Assembly (NCBI GenBank): GCA_964016885.1
Contig: OZ024752.1
Span: 22,568,001-22,632,000, forward strand
Length of the DNA: 64,000 nt
Direction: 5' to 3'
Origin: Eledone cirrhosa
Taxonomy: Eukaryota
Positions 63,201-64,000 of the stretch are shown piece after piece. The notes beneath the pieces are model-generated. The model did no database searches. It was not told the origin of the DNA and worked only from the letters and a program-made list of their open reading frames with translations. Both the position numbers and the translations under genes were made by a program. Numbering within the stretch: position 1 is the stretch's first letter; each line of letters begins with the position of its first letter.

Positions 63201-64000
63201 GGAAGTTAGTGCTGCAAATGGTTAGTACACTTGCACCACAAAATTCAAGAAGCCTCACTCCTTCATTTCTTGAGCCGTAACCGTGCCCACCATGTACCCC
63301 AGTGTAACCATCCTGGAGCTGTCCAACATGACCATTGAAGTCCCCTGCTAGCATAAAGATGTCTCCGTCCTCTGTCATTCAGGCTGTTTGTAAAAGTTGC
63401 TCGTAATAGCCGTCTTTCTCTTCTTTACCTAGGCCTGCCTGGGGAGCATAGGTAGAGATGATTGTCAGCAGTCTATTGCCTACAACTAATCTAAGCTTAA
63501 TTATTCTATTACTAACTCTAACTACCTCTATTGTCTTATCAATTCATCTCTCAGCCAGTAATTGCCTACCCTTCCTAACCCATCATCATTACCCACCCAG
63601 AAAAGCTTATAACTACGATGTTTGCTTGCGATTAGTCTTGCAGTGGCACCTCTCCATCTCACCTCTTGCACACATCCACAGGCCTTTTCTCCAGCATCTC
63701 CACTATCTCACCAGATCTACCTGTTAGAGTGCCAACATTAAGTGTGGAAACTCTGAGATGCGACGTCTCGTTCTTTTTCCTGCTGTGCGATTGCTTGATG
63801 ACGGTCGTGGTGTTCTCACACATGGCCTCACTAGCCACCCCACTACCATGCACAGCCCTAACATGGTTAGTGTTATTGCTGTTTACGCAGTTGTTTTGTG
63901 CGATTGCTTGATGGCGGTCGTGGGGTTCTCGCACATGGCCACACCAGCCACCCCACTACCGTGCACAGCCCTAACATGGTTAGTGTTATTGCTGTTTACG
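60210..64000 (-). mobile_element. RTE LINE family A, near full-length and decayed, interrupted at about 61113-61605, running off the window
   Basis: STLNVGTLTGR, AGDFNGHVG and QHRLVV endonuclease motifs; RT motifs; PHD-like finger; RTE-A tail at about 60210-60260. Confidence 0.93.
61116..61220 (+). mobile_element. tRNA-derived SINE 5' fragment
   Basis: tggctgagtggttag..gagttcaactccc..agacacttta, similar to the head at 42254. Confidence 0.7.

Overview
This is AT-rich animal genomic DNA, probably an octopod cephalopod (inferred from the SINE/RTE repertoire and the very dense (TA)n/(CAT)n microsatellites). One host gene is clearly supported: ALG11 (alpha-1,2-mannosyltransferase) on the minus strand, with three coding exons at 13647-13424, 12829-11904 and 8063-7780 giving about 477 aa. 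A candidate first exon of a second, plus-strand gene lies near 31.4 kb (GTCACGTGAC box followed by ATG|GTGAGT). The rest is mostly mobile DNA: a decayed full-length Helitron and a non-autonomous relative, at least 12 RTE-clade LINE pieces from two main families that carry a PHD-like finger, two families of Penelope-like elements (PLEs), a hAT element, a near-intact maT-like Tc1/mariner element, MITEs, a CR1 fragment, tRNA-derived SINEs and two minisatellites. The most unusual signals are several hammerhead-ribozyme folds and short fold-back insertions tied to PLE ends, a DD37E triad in a DD37D-type transposase, and shared modules between SINEs and RTE 3' ends. I found no CRISPR or other prokaryotic system and cannot claim a wholly new biological system. 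All identities were judged by eye; no searches or alignments were run.
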